Shown: in pieces, positions 46,550 to 59,482 of the stretch
How positions within the stretch are numbered: the stretch's first letter is position 1
Layout: each line of letters begins with the position of its first letter
Source of the DNA: Callorhinchus milii
Taxonomy: Eukaryota
Reading direction: 5' to 3'
DNA: 64,000 bases
Assembly (NCBI RefSeq): GCF_018977255.1
Contig: NW_024704742.1
Coordinates: forward strand, 35,094,001 to 35,158,000
Program-made: the position numbers and the translations under genes
The notes under the pieces: model-generated
Databases searched by the model: none
What the model was told of the DNA's origin: nothing
The model's input: the letters and a program-made list of their open reading frames with translations, nothing else

Positions 46550-48075
46550 GTGCGGTTACACGAGTGATGGTGAACACGGGGTGGTTATACAAGTGATGGT
46601 GAGCAGGGGGTGGTTACACAAGTGATGGTGAGCAGGGGAGGGTTACACAAGTGATGGTGGGCAGAGGGTGGTTACACAAGTGATGGTGGGCAGAGGGTGG
46701 TTACACAAGTGATGGTGAGCAGGGGGAGGTTACACAAGTGATGGTGAGCAGGGGAGGGTTACACAAGTGATGGTGAGCAGGGGAGGGTTACACAAGTGAT
46801 GGTGAGCAGGGGAGGGTTACACAAGTGATGGTGGGCAGGGGTGGTTACACAAGTGATGGTGGGCAGGGGGTGGTTACACAAGTGATGGTGGGCATGGGAG
46901 GGTTACACAAGTGATGGTGAGTAGTGAGTGGTTACACAATTGATGGTGGGCAGAGGGTGGTTACACAAGTGATGGTGGGCAGAGGGTGGTTACACAAGTG
47001 ATGGTGGGCAGAGGGTGGTTACACAAGTGATGGTGAGCAGGGGGAGGTTACACAAGTGATGGTGAGCAGGGGGAGGTTACACAAGTGATGGTGAGCAGGG
47101 GGAGGTTACACAAGTGATGGTGAGCAGGGGGAGGTTACACAAGTGATGGTGGGCAGGGGGAGGTGGTTGCACAAGTGATGGTGAGCAGTGGGTGGTTACA
47201 CAAGTGATGGTGGGCAGGGGAGGGTTACACAAGTGATAGTGAGCAGGGGGTGGTTACACAAGTGATGGTGGGCAGAGGGTGGTTACACAGTGATGGTGGG
47301 CAGGGGAGGGTTACACAAGTGATAGTGAGCAGGGGGTGGTTACACAAGTGATGGTGGGCAGAGGGTGGTTACACAGTGATGGTGGGCAGGGGGTGGTTAC
47401 ACAGTGATGGTGGGCAGGGGGTGGTTACACAGTGATGGTGGGCAGGGGGTGGTTACACAGTGATGGTGGGCAGGGGATGGTTACACAGTGATAGTGAGCA
47501 GGGGGAGGTTACACAAGTGATGGTGAGCAGGGGGAGGTGGTTGCACAAGTGATGGTGAGCAGTGGGTGGTTGCACAAGTGATGGTGGGCAGGGGAGGGTT
47601 ACACAAGTGATGGTGAGCAGTGGGTGGTTACACAGTGATGGTGGGCAGGGGGTGGTTACACAGTGATGGTGGGCAGGGGGTGGTTACACAGTGATAGTGA
47701 GCAGGGGGTGGTTATGCAAGTGAAGGTGAGTAGGGAGTGGTTACACAAGTGATGGTGGGCAGGGAGTGGTTACACAAGTGATGGTGGGCAGGGGGTTGTT
47801 ACACAAGTGATGGTGGGCAGGGGTGGTTACACAGTGATGGTGGGCAGGGGGTGGTTACACAAGTGATGGTGGGCAGGGGGTGGTTACACAGTGATGGTGG
47901 GCAGGGGGTGGTTACACAGTGATAGTGAGCAGGGGGTGGTTACATGACTGAAAGTGAGCAGGGGTTGGTTACACAAGTGATAGTGAGCAGGAGGTAGTTA
48001 CACGAATGATAGTGAGCAGGAGGTGGTCACACAAGTAATTGTGAACAGAAGAGGGCCATGAGAGTGATTGTGAAC
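46550..48075 (+). repeat. G-rich minisatellite, ~29-bp unit GGTTACACAAGTGATGGTG(A/G)GCAGGGG(A/G)(G/T), roughly 50 copies
   Basis: Directly visible tandem array with 28/29/32-bp variants, degenerating at the 3' end. Confidence 0.97.
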
Positions 48076-48819
48076 CGAAGAAGCTCACGCTCCGGGATGC
48101 TACCCCGCGTGAAGGGCGCTATATAAATGCAAATTGTTGTTGATGGTGAGCAAGAAGGAGTCACACATGGAGGAGCAGGATGTGAGGTTTCACTCTCCTG
48201 GGACTATGAATGACAGGAGCAAGGAGGGAAGTCTTTTTGTTTGTACAAGTTTTTCAGTGCAAGTTTAGAATCTGTTGTATTGAGAGACTGGAGAGGATCT
48301 TTCCAAAAACTTCACTTTTCCTCCCCCAAATGTCCACACACCCTCTGTAATTTTATTTTGATGTCGTATATTGATTCCTTAGCCAGTAGTGTGTTTTAAC
48401 ATAAGTGCGACGTATCATTTCAGTTTGATTTTCTCTGCAGTCCTACGCTTTCAAATTTCAGAATGGTGAAATATCTCCAATCCATTTGTATGTGGCTTCT
48501 GTATGGTTTTCTGGGTCAGCAGCATGTTAAGATTTCTTGCATTACAAGAATTTATTTTTCAATGTGGACAAATTACAGCAGAGTTGCCTGACTGAAAAAT
48601 GGATATGTTATATTGGCAGTATTCAAGTAAACTTAAACTAATTCAGTAAGTTTGGTCTTTCTTGATTTATGCGGATGTAGTGTCTGTTGCAAATACAGTA
48701 GTACTGAAATTATTTTTAACAGAATCAAATTTAGGCTTTTTTTGCAAACCACCTTCCTCCCTATACATTGCTGCAGTTAAAATGGATACCTAGAGAAACC
48801 ATGTGACACGTACATACAA

Positions 48820-49165
48820 ACGTGCATTTATATAACGCTTTGCACGTTGGAAGGATGTCCCAAAGTACTGGACAGTGTTAAGGTTTGTGCTTGAGCTGGG
48901 GACGGGAGGTGAGGGTTTTGGAAGGTTGCCTAAAGTGCAGTCAAAGAGGAAGGTGTTGAGGCGGACCTTGAAGGAGGAGTGGAAAGGTGCAAGAATAGAG
49001 TTCCAGCCAGAAAGTGGGGCATTTATGCTGAAAGTCTGACTTCTGAGGGTGGGGTGGGGACATGAAGCAGGCCGATGCCCACTGAACAGAGGTTGCAAAT
49101 GGGTTTGTACGTATTGAGGAGGTGACAGATAGGGTGGAGGCAAAACCCTGGAGGCGTAAGAGGAC
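48820..49165 (-). mobile_element. L2 3' fragment
   Basis: SFKVRLNTFLF motif and tail on the minus strand. Confidence 0.7.
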
Positions 49166-51609
49166 ATTATCTTCTCATGATTTTCAGCACATTTCAATAT
49201 CTTCAATATGTTTCCATGGGTTTAGTGGGTATGGCACATTCAGGGTCACGGTTATCAAGATCACAAAGAACAGTTTGATCGTGAAGAAGGATCTTCAACA
49301 CATTTGATTTCCAATACTGTCTTCCTTTTAAAACATCAAGCTGTGTCTTAATTGAGTCTTAATTTCCCAGTAGCCCATTCCAGCAATTGCTGTGTATAAA
49401 ATGGCTCATGATGTCTGTTCTAAAACTGCCAATAACAACCCTGAACCCGTGCTCCTTTGTTCTGCTACCTCGTACAATTAAAAGTGTTGCCTGACCAGCA
49501 TGGCTTCTGGGGATGTGAACTCAATTAATTGGCAGTGTAGTTTAATATCCCATTTGCCTCGTTTATTTGCTGCCTGACAGTTGGGTTGAAAGTGCTAATC
49601 TGACTGATACCTCGTCAATGAAATGCTCGCTCGTTGTGTAAACTACATCTTGTACAGAGAATAACGTGTAGATCATCCAAGTGTGAGTTCTCACCTATGA
49701 GGTGATCATGGGCTGGTGGTGAGGCTAAATGGAAAAAACTCACCTTTGACCTATCGTCTACCAATATATTGATAAAATGCTTATCATTTTTAACAGCTCA
49801 TCTTTGGACTTGCCCACTGGACATCTATCATAGCTCGTCAATCGGCTTTTTAGAGTTCACTGATTATTGCTAGTTTGGGAACTAAATTTAGTTCTTTATA
49901 AATTGATGTACCCCCTGCTTCAACATTTAGGTAATTGTGAGCTCAAATTCCTGTCATGGAAGACTGCATTTCTAGTTGCTATAATTTCAGTTAGAGGAAT
50001 TAGTGAAATACTGTAATACTGGTTGTCAATCACTCAACTTATTTGGAAATCTGATTAGGATGTGTTGGAAAAACTGCAGTTTCCTGCCAACAATTGTACT
50101 CATTTCCACTTGACTCAGGAAATTCCCAGATTTTGTTCTTCCAATCTTCATGTAGATCTGAGATAAAACATTGCTCTAGAATAATTGGCAACTGTGCATC
50201 TTGTTTGCGGAAAGCATTGAAACATTTTAGCAGTAATTGTTCAGCTATGATTGCTATACCCATTTGAGTTTTGTTTTTTGGGGATATGTCTAAATTTTCA
50301 ATTGATGAGTCAGACTGTTCAACTCTCAACAGACAACTTTCTTCAGCAAGTTCAAGCCAGGAAAACTCCATATCCATCCTCTCCCATCCATCCTCTCCCC
50401 AGAGAATAATTTTCATTTTTATGTGTGTAATGCATCCCACAAAGACCAATGCTGAAAGCCTTCAGTTTGCATGTTTGTGGAATAAGCGATCTGAGACTCT
50501 GTCCGGTGTGAAGGGTGCTATATAAATGCACATTGGTTGATGTATGTTCATCTACTCGGCATCAGACATTGTGTTTAGCTTTGTGTGGAACATTGGTTGA
50601 TGGTACAAACCTCACTAGCAATACAGTAGTTTTGCATATGAACTGAAAACCAATCACTGGTGGAAAATATATTGCTTTATTTTCTCTCAGACATGAACTC
50701 CAGTAGCTCTATTAACGTTTCCGTGTGGTATAGCCTCTGATTAGAGGCGACAGAATTAAATAATATTATTTATCTTAGACCTTCATTCTTTTTGAGAGAA
50801 GCATCCTCCAAAAGCTGAGCTCTTACTCAACTGTGCTATCTGGCAAGTGCATATTAAGGTACAGACACTAAGAAAAAATAACCTAATTGCTGCTGCAGTG
50901 TGTACTGAAGCTTTTATACTGCTCCAAATGGGAACAGCTGATGTATTAATTGTTGTTGGCAATGTCAACTTCAGAGAGCGCATGCATTTTCGTTTCCGCA
51001 GATTGATCAAGTGACCTGGTTCAACTCCCATGATCTATACGTGCTGTTTATCTTGAAGAATAAAAAGAGAGATGATACTCTTTTTCAATTCACTTAGCTC
51101 ACAGGTAATAGAAAGAGATGTTCAAGGTGAAATATGAGACAACAGTATCTATAAAAAAATGCAGTTTATTTGAGGCGATTAGAAAGTGAAAACACGTTTA
51201 AGTGCAAGTCAAGTACTTTGTCATGTGATGTCACAATCTGAAAAACTTCTTATACAGTATTAAGATGTCCACACAATTTCCACAAGCAGACATATCCGCT
51301 CCTATGAACTAAAGTTTCACTTTTTTTGTTATGCCTGCCCTTTTCACATAGCAGGTAGCTTTCAGTGCTTAACAAATCAATACTTAATATATTATTGCTC
51401 AAGTCGCCAGCTACATTGTCATTTTTATCAGAAGATTGAGGAACAGTAGAGAACCCAATATCTGCACTTATCAGGACCAGCTCCATTGTTTTATGTGTGT
51501 GTTGTGTGTTTTTCACTCATTGCTCATTCACTCATTCATTCACCACTATTATTATTATATTGCCTCTAACATTGTGCATATGAGGTTTTGTCTCTCAAAT
51601 GATAAAGTG

Positions 51610-52112
51610 TGGGGGAACCCCACCTATTCATGGATTTCGACAGGCTTTTGACCTAATCTCTCATGAAGCTGGAAGCTATGGATGGGAGTATATGGACAAT
51701 TTTTTTTATTATCCGGGATGTGTATTCCAATTGCAAGATCTGTGTAGTAGACTCGTGGAGACTTGTTGAACCTTTCGCCCTTGATAGGGGGTAAGACAGG
51801 GTTGTTCATGGTCACCCATTTTATTTAGTACTAGCTGTACTACGCTTGCAATCAAAGGATCCAATATGGAATGTAGATTGACACACAGACAGACATTTCA
51901 TCTTTACCTATACTCATCTGGGTGGACTCCTGTGGGAGGACTCCTTTTGGTAGGACTCGGCGCTTTAAGAATGTAATTTTGTTGTTACCACGGCTTAGCT
52001 TTGTCTGTGTTCTTTATTTTGTTCCCACCGCTTGGCTACATGCATACTCTGTGACGCAAGATGCCACGGTCAGCCAGGTGTAAATGCAGTGTGCTGGTAC
52101 ACTGAAGAAGAA
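51610..52112 (+). mobile_element. Non-L2/CR1 LINE remnant (RT fragment and putative 3' end)
   Basis: Frameshifted F-M-D-F..Q-A-F-D-L-I-S-H and G-V-R-Q-G-C-S-W-S-P-I-L-F motifs. Confidence 0.6.
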
Positions 52113-52261
52113 AGAACAGAGTTGCTCCCATTGTCCTGGCCAACAAACCCCACAAATAAAATTGATTATTCACTTAATGGCTGTTTGTGGGATGTTGCTG
52201 TATGCAAATGAGCTGCCTTGTTTTGCTTACAAAGTACACAGTCACTGCACTTCACACTATG

Positions 52262-52435
52262 TGGAGTCCTGCATCTTAGTGTTTAGAGCAAACGCTTCTC
52301 AAACGAGAAGATCAAGGTTCAATTCCCGGGCAGGGCGAAACGTTGAGCAAGTTTCCTTACTCCATACGCAGTAAGTAGGAACCTGGTTGTTAGTCGATTG
52401 GCGGATCGCTTTTCCGTGTACAATAATCCCTTCAA
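52262..52435 (+). mobile_element. SINE family B head nested after a family A 3' part (52110-52260)
   Basis: ggagtcctgcatcttagtg...ggttcaattccc...gcaagtttccttactcc. Confidence 0.7.
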
Positions 52436-55400
52436 AAACAATTAGGGAACACACACAATAAGTAGGACCCAAGGCTTGGGGACCACAGAGTGTACATTGG
52501 GGGTACTGCTGGAGTTTAACTAACTAAAACAACATATGCCATTATGAGCATAGCCCTAATACTTTCCAGAATTGAGTAAGCAGAATGATTACATCCTTTT
52601 GGGGAGAGATTACAAATTCTATTTCAGGCATGTAGACGTTTTTATGTGTAGGTGATGAGCATATGCTACTGATTTCTGCATGTATTGGGCACCAGGTGGA
52701 TCAAACAACAAGAACAACAACAACAAAATTACATTTGTATAGAGCGCCTTTTATGTCAGCAGGTGGGAAACAAAATATTCATATACATTGATCTCTTTAC
52801 CTTGTGCCGTTGGGTAAATGTGCACATTTTATTTTACTAACATTATAGCCCGGTTTTACTTCTGCATTTGAGTCATGATGACGATAAGAAGACGTGGCAG
52901 TTATCTGTTGTGTGATTAAGTGCCATTATACTGTATTATTAAAATCTGACCAGAGGCTTTTACAAATGAAACTAAAATAATTTTATTTACAATCAGCAAT
53001 TAAATGAAATCATGAAATATATATAGGGTTCTTGAAATAGTTCTTACAACAGTCCTAAAAGCTTAATGGAAGTGTAAATGTTTAAATTGTACTCAGACAA
53101 TCCTCTTGCTTTCCCAAAGCTGCACTGTGGATAAAGGAATATATTCTTCTAAGGTATCTGGAAATGTTTTTTTTTGAAGTTTCACCCTGGCTTGCAGAGA
53201 TTCAAGTATGTTCTATTTAGGGACCTTTTAAAAATATGAAAAAAACGGTGGCGTTCTGTTTATACTAAATTTAAAGGATGGTTTGCAAAAAGCCATGTTG
53301 CGTCTGACTCCCAGTTTCAAAGCCTCGAGATCCCTATCGGTGGAGGACAGACTCCTTAGCTAATGAAGCTAGAGTCTCTTTTAACCTTTGCCCTCCCAAT
53401 ACTTCATATTTGTGATATGATCACATTGTCAAAGAATCATTTGTGTCCTGCCCAAGATCATTAATTTATGCTGCTGGCTTCTTTCAGTCTTGATTTGAGA
53501 TGCATTTTTTAATTATTGTGAACCCAAATACTGTGTCACATTTCTTCCATGATGACCACTTTTTCCTGCCCATAAAAATCCATTACTTGGAAGCATCTGT
53601 TTTAAATATCTTTCAGTTGACTAATGGAAATTACCTCATTATCTGTTTTTTTCTGCTAGCAAAATATGCATTGTGAATGTTTTAAAAAGTCCATGAGTTT
53701 GTTTTAAAAAATATATTTGTTTAAATCTTAAATATATTTCAAATATTGCATTATCAAATGCAAGGATTATTATTTTAGACGCCCACTGCTTATTGTACTC
53801 TTTTCACTTTGCCCCCCAAAAACAGATTATTGTAGTCACCAGCAGTGAGTTTAAAGTGGCAGGATACTTTTCTTATAGCTTTTATTTATGTAACTTAAAA
53901 GGATATGACATTTTAGGAATATGTATGTAAAGTTTAACAATGCAATTTTGTTTGCGAAGTATTACCATAGTATTACCATTGAATGTCATTGCCTTATTTT
54001 GAAATCATCAATATGAAATGCAGAGTGACTTATTGTATAAATCTTCTTACCGACCTAAAGTTTCTATTCTAGTTTGCTGAATATATGACATTGACTTAAA
54101 ATTGATAAGATTGTTAGAAAAAGGACCTTGCAGTGACCCAACAGCATTATCTCTTTTCCAGTAATCTAGTTGCTAGTTTGTTATTGTGGGAGTTTGTTTT
54201 TTAGAATTTTACTTCCGCTCAGTATGTTAACCTTGTATGTACAGCACTGAGTGTTTAGAAGCAATGATTATTGATCTTTATACAGTGGATGATTTTTAAA
54301 TGTAAGAATGTAAATACTATTACTGTATATAGATGGAGAATGTTTTAAAGTACTTGGTTTTTTAAAAAAAAACTCACCCAGGTAATTTATGTATGGCTAT
54401 TTAGGCTTAGTTTGAAAAATTCTCATTTTATTTGCTGTTTTATTGAGTTTTGACATTTCAAGCAGAGAAAATGCCAAAATAATGTTCAGTTGTCGCCAGT
54501 GAGTTCATTAAAGTGGCAGCTCTAGTCACTGAATAGTCATCTAGTTACTGATTTTGATCTGAAAGTGTTAGTTTATAATACTTTAATGATACTGATACTT
54601 GTATTTGATTCAGTGCCTTTGATGTCAGTGCCCCAAAGAGCTTCTTGGTAATTAATTAAGTGTAGTGACTGTTTTGTAAAACCAATGTTGATTTTGACAT
54701 AGCAACCTAATAGCAATGAGGATAATTTGAAAGTAGTGCAAATGACAGAATTACATTTCAGCTTCTCTTGTGATGGCCAAATGCAAAGTTTGGGTTATTA
54801 CTGTATTATGTTTGTACAGCGCTTTTGGACGTCCTCCTGAAGTGAAAGGCCCTCTACAAATGTAATTTTGTTGTTATTGTTGATGTTTGTGGTTAAATCC
54901 ATTTCTCTTCCCTAAATTTAAGCATCCAGATGTGTCTGCCTTTCAAAATACCACATAGCATACTGTGTAGCATACAATTAAACTTTTTTGCTCACTATTC
55001 ACTCTTACTGCTCTTATTCGTCGTTACTCAGTTTAGCAGGAGCTTTTCGTACAGGCTTTATCTTTTGGCTATGTTAAGCTTAATTATTAGAAGGAAATGA
55101 ATTAGAATTGAGCATGTTCACGTTGAACATGTGGTCCATTATCTGGGCTATTTTAACTTAACTGAAATGTTGCAACTCTGCATCATGCAAAATGGTATGC
55201 TGTGTATCTTCCTACACATTACACTGTTACATAGAGAAATTTGTAGCATTCTGATTAACTGCACTAGACATCACATAAATGATGCTCCAGTATTTTAGGA
55301 CTAATTATATTAAGCAAAATGTCAATATGTACTGAGTTTGAGTTGTATTTGGATTGGAGATAACTATCTGGAAATGTGCTACAAGATGTTTTTTTAAAAA

Positions 55401-55651
55401 GCAGTGAATACTTCTGTGTTATACAGAGTAAATACACAGGGATATTTTGAGATGGTAATGAATCTTGAAATTCTAATGTCATTGATAAACTGCTTGAGTT
55501 TCACTAGTTTTGCTGTAATCTGCACCCATTGAGGTTTTACTGGCCTGTATCACAGTCCCAGCTCTATATAGTATTACGTTCTGTGGGGATGTGTATATGG
55601 CTCATCAATTGTGTGAATTTATGAAGGACCTGCTTGACAAAAGATGTTAAT

Positions 55652-55990
55652 ACAACAACTTGCATTTATATAGTGCCCTTCACGCAGGATAGCATCCCAG
55701 AGCACTTGACAGTGGCGGAGTCTGACCCGAGCCACAGGAAGAGGGAGGGGACTGGTGACCGTAAGCACGATCAAAAAGAAAGGACTTTAGGTGGGATTTG
55801 AAAGTGGGGCGGGAGGGGGCAAAACTGAGGGATTGAGGGAGGGAGTTCCAGAGCTTTGAGGCGTAGTGTCTGAAAGCACGGCTACTGATGGTGGTGCGAG
55901 GGACTAACAGGAGGCCGGATGAGCGGAGGTAGTGGGTGGAGGAGTAGGGGCTAAGCAAATCGGATAGGTAGGGAGGTGTGAGGGCATGAA
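55652..55990 (-). mobile_element. L2 3' fragment
   Basis: RAFRHYASKLWNSLP...FKSHLKSFLF. Confidence 0.85.
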
Positions 55991-56914
55991 GGGAAACAAT
56001 AAATTATACTTTTATATGTAGAAAAATCAGGGGGGAAAAGTCAAGAAATCAATGAAGATGGCAGGAGATGACACAGAACTTTGTTTTTCTTAAAAACTGA
56101 AATCATTTAAATCTAAAGCTTTGTATACTTCTAACTTTATTAGAGATGTCTGTGTCTATATTACTACTGCAATACCCTCATCCCTTGTGTTTTGATAGCT
56201 AGTTATACATGGCTTGAGCTAGTTGGTGTAATTTCCTGACAAAATAATTTAGTTGACTGCTTTCCACCATGAGGGGAATGGGAGTCTTGGTATTCATTTT
56301 ACATTTGGGCAGTATTTACTTTTGTTCTCAAATCATGATGTAGGTTCGATGGGCAAATTAATCTGTCAGGCTGGTGGACTCTGCTGGAATGCTTGATTTC
56401 ACCATTTATAATTTCACACTGTTCAATATCAACATTGCATTTGAGTAAGATGTTCTTGAAGACAGAACAGATACCTCACCATTAGCAGAGCCTAAATGTT
56501 AATTGTTATTAATTCTTCCTTTCGTTCCCAGCTAAATAGCTGAGAATCATTTTTTTCAATCTTTGTGACAAAGGCCTTTAACCTCTAGGTATTTGCTTCT
56601 GTTGCCATGCTGTTCTGATGGTTTAACATCTGATGGTTTCTTCTTTTCATATCATTGGATATTTTTTGACTGTGAGGCAGGTATCTTGATTGAGATTGCA
56701 TTTATTCCCTCGGTAATCTCTTTTCAGCCCTTCTGGGATGGAAGGGTGGGATAAATTATTTTCCAAAATATTGCTACCTTCCAGACTACAATCTTCTTCG
56801 CAGTTGGGCTACATCTTAAACTTTGTGGTTTTCAGTATTTGTGTGGTTCTTGACAGATAACTCACCAAACTGGTTCAGTGCTTTGTTTCCTGTTTGCTCA
56901 GGTTTCAAATCATA

Positions 56915-57475
56915 ATTACATTTGGTATAGCGACTTTCACTTTGGGAGGACATTTCAAAGTACTTCACAGGATATATGATAAAAGGTAATGACTGTATTT
57001 TGTAGGCAAATGCACAGTCCATTTGTCCACAAACAGCCATGAAGAGAATGACTAATTTTATTTGGGGAAATATTGACCAGAAAACTCCCTTCACTTTTCA
57101 AACAGTGCCACGCGATCTTTAATGTCCACCTGAACAGGCAGATAGGACCTCGGTTTCATATAATTATAAAAATTTACAGCACAGAGGAGGCCATTCAGCC
57201 ATTGAATCTGCTCGATGGTGTTCATTCAATCCCATTGCCCTGTTATCTCCATACCCTTTCAAGCTTTTATCCTTCATTCGCATGACTGCTTCCCTCCTGA
57301 AACCTACATTTATTGCTTTATTATCTCGTTCGAAGGAAAGCACCTTCAACAATATAGCACATCCCCAGGAAAGCATTGGAGTGTCAGCCTAGACTATATA
57401 AATTCAGAGTACCGAGATGGGGCCTAAACCCACAATCAATCTCTAACTCGGTGGTGAGATTGCTACCCACTGAGC
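56915..57475 (-). mobile_element. DeuSINE family A copy interrupted by a CR1 3' fragment (~57160-57320)
   Basis: SINE halves are colinear; the insert carries gaggaggccattcagcc, a CR1 3' motif. Confidence 0.7.
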
Positions 57476-59239
57476 CATGTTTATGCTTATGTTTAAAATG
57501 ATTATTGCAGCTGTTCTTTGTCTGGTGACAACTTAAGGCATCCAATTAGTATTCTAGAACTGTTTGAAGTTCTCATTCATTATGATACAAAGTGGAACTT
57601 CACAATATTGCAATAGGGATATAATAATAATCCTTGCATTTGATACAGCTTATCACGTCTTCGAGGCATCTCAAAGAGCTTCACGGAATATACTGTATAT
57701 TTTGTGGGCAATATTGGACTTTATCTTCTCAGACACCTAACCAACACTTATCAATATTAAAACACAGGTGCTCTCAACAGGAGTAGATCATGTGTAGTTA
57801 CCTCCCTTGATATCATTTGGGACTTGTATAACAATTTGAATTGAATTTAGTTTTCTTTTTTAATTCCCAACTGGTGGAGATTTCAATGTAGTTGGAGTGT
57901 GTTTTGGTTCAGAGCCATAAATGTTCAGCTTTGTTTTTCGGTCTATGCTGTGTTAACTGAACTCGATTGTGGTTGTATTTAGGAGACGATACTTGAATTT
58001 AGCATTTCTGGACTAGAGAGAAGATAACATTCTTCCATGTTCCTGATTATTATCTTCTAGCTTCTACTTGTTCATATTAGGTGAATGTACAGGATTGTGC
58101 TCAGATGGTATTAGCCCCATTACTAAACTTGCAGGTTTACACAAACAATTGCTGCTTGGATAGCAGAGGGCTACTACTACCTGTGAAACTACCCCTAGCA
58201 TGGAGCATTATCTTGAGAGGAGGGGTGTCGAAATAGTCCTTTGTAAATTGTATACAATTTTTTTTCCATGAGAAAATTTTGCACTTGTTCCTGACAGCTG
58301 ATCAAGATCAAGATTATAAACTTGGCATGTGAGGAACGATTGGTGTGCACTTGTGACTTGCCTTTTTTTTAAAAATTCTTCACTCTAGTACGCAGTGTCC
58401 TGGTTATTATGGCGCTGACGTACACAGCTTTCTTTTTATTGCTGAAAATGGAAGAGAATCTGGTCATCAGTCATAAGAGGTCCAGAACTTTGGAGATTCT
58501 CTGACTGGTTTGGACTGTAAACAGACTAATCATTTTGTAGTGAATAAGTTCTATGTGGTTGTGTTGGAGCTACTAGAAAGTAGAATAATAAGTGGTAAAT
58601 TCTTCTTCTTGAGACTAAAGTATATCACTTTCGTCTGTTTTCAAATCTTGAGAAACCCTTGAAATGAATGTGTATTGCCAACAGTAAGTTTTGTTTAACA
58701 GAAGATAATGTGTTGAATTATATAATGTTGATTTTGATACATTCTGGTGGTGTGTACTTCATAGATAGTGTAGCTTTTCCTCCAAAGAAATCTAAAATGA
58801 CTAATCAGTGAGTTGGTGTTAATTGTTCAGTTTAAAGGTTGGCACTGTACTTACCCCTTTACAAATCATTGGCTCAATTTGAAGCTGTCAAAGAACATTG
58901 TCATTGTAATGTGCTCTGAAACAGATCTTGGCCTTTTTCCATGGGAATGCTGAGTTCCATGTAACCTATTCTGAAATAGTGTCCCCAAACACAATACTTA
59001 GTATAAGATTTGTACATTACATTTATGTCCTCTTTGATTTCTCAATGGTTGACTTTTTAACATTAAATAAAATCATTCATATAATTCATAAATGTATTTT
59101 TTTAAGAAAGGAAACATTTTTATAGAGGTACTCTTCTAGCTTTAAGCTTGTTTCCTCTGTTTTTAAATAAGAAGGTGCATCAAGATGGAAGCTGGTATCG
59201 TTCCAACATTGCAATGTTATAATACACTTCAAAATTAAA

Positions 59240-59482
59240 ATAATTATAATAATCCTTGCATTTGACATAGTGCCTTAAGTTTTTGTGACGTCTCAAAATG
59301 CTTCACAGAATATACTGTAAAGTGAATTGACTGTATAATTTGTGGGTGAAATGTGGCAGCCAGTTACCCATAGCAGTGCGCAAACAGTTGTGGATTGAGT
59401 GACCAAATTATTATTATTTTTTTGGAGGCATTATCTTGAAAGTGATCTACCAATCGACTAACAACCGGGTATCTACTTACAA
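59240..59482 (-). mobile_element. SINE family B 3' two-thirds, long form
   Basis: Reverse complement of 62035-62279. Confidence 0.75.

Noticed and set aside
46550..48075. CRISPR-like array
   Set aside because: Units are directly tandem with no unique spacers, and the context is eukaryotic.
56565..56640. LF-SINE-like fragment (gcctttaacctctaggt...catctgatgg)
   Set aside because: Similarity too short to call without an alignment.
57900..58235. Ancient SINE-like element, possibly related to 14730-14820
   Set aside because: Too diverged to define boundaries or family by eye.
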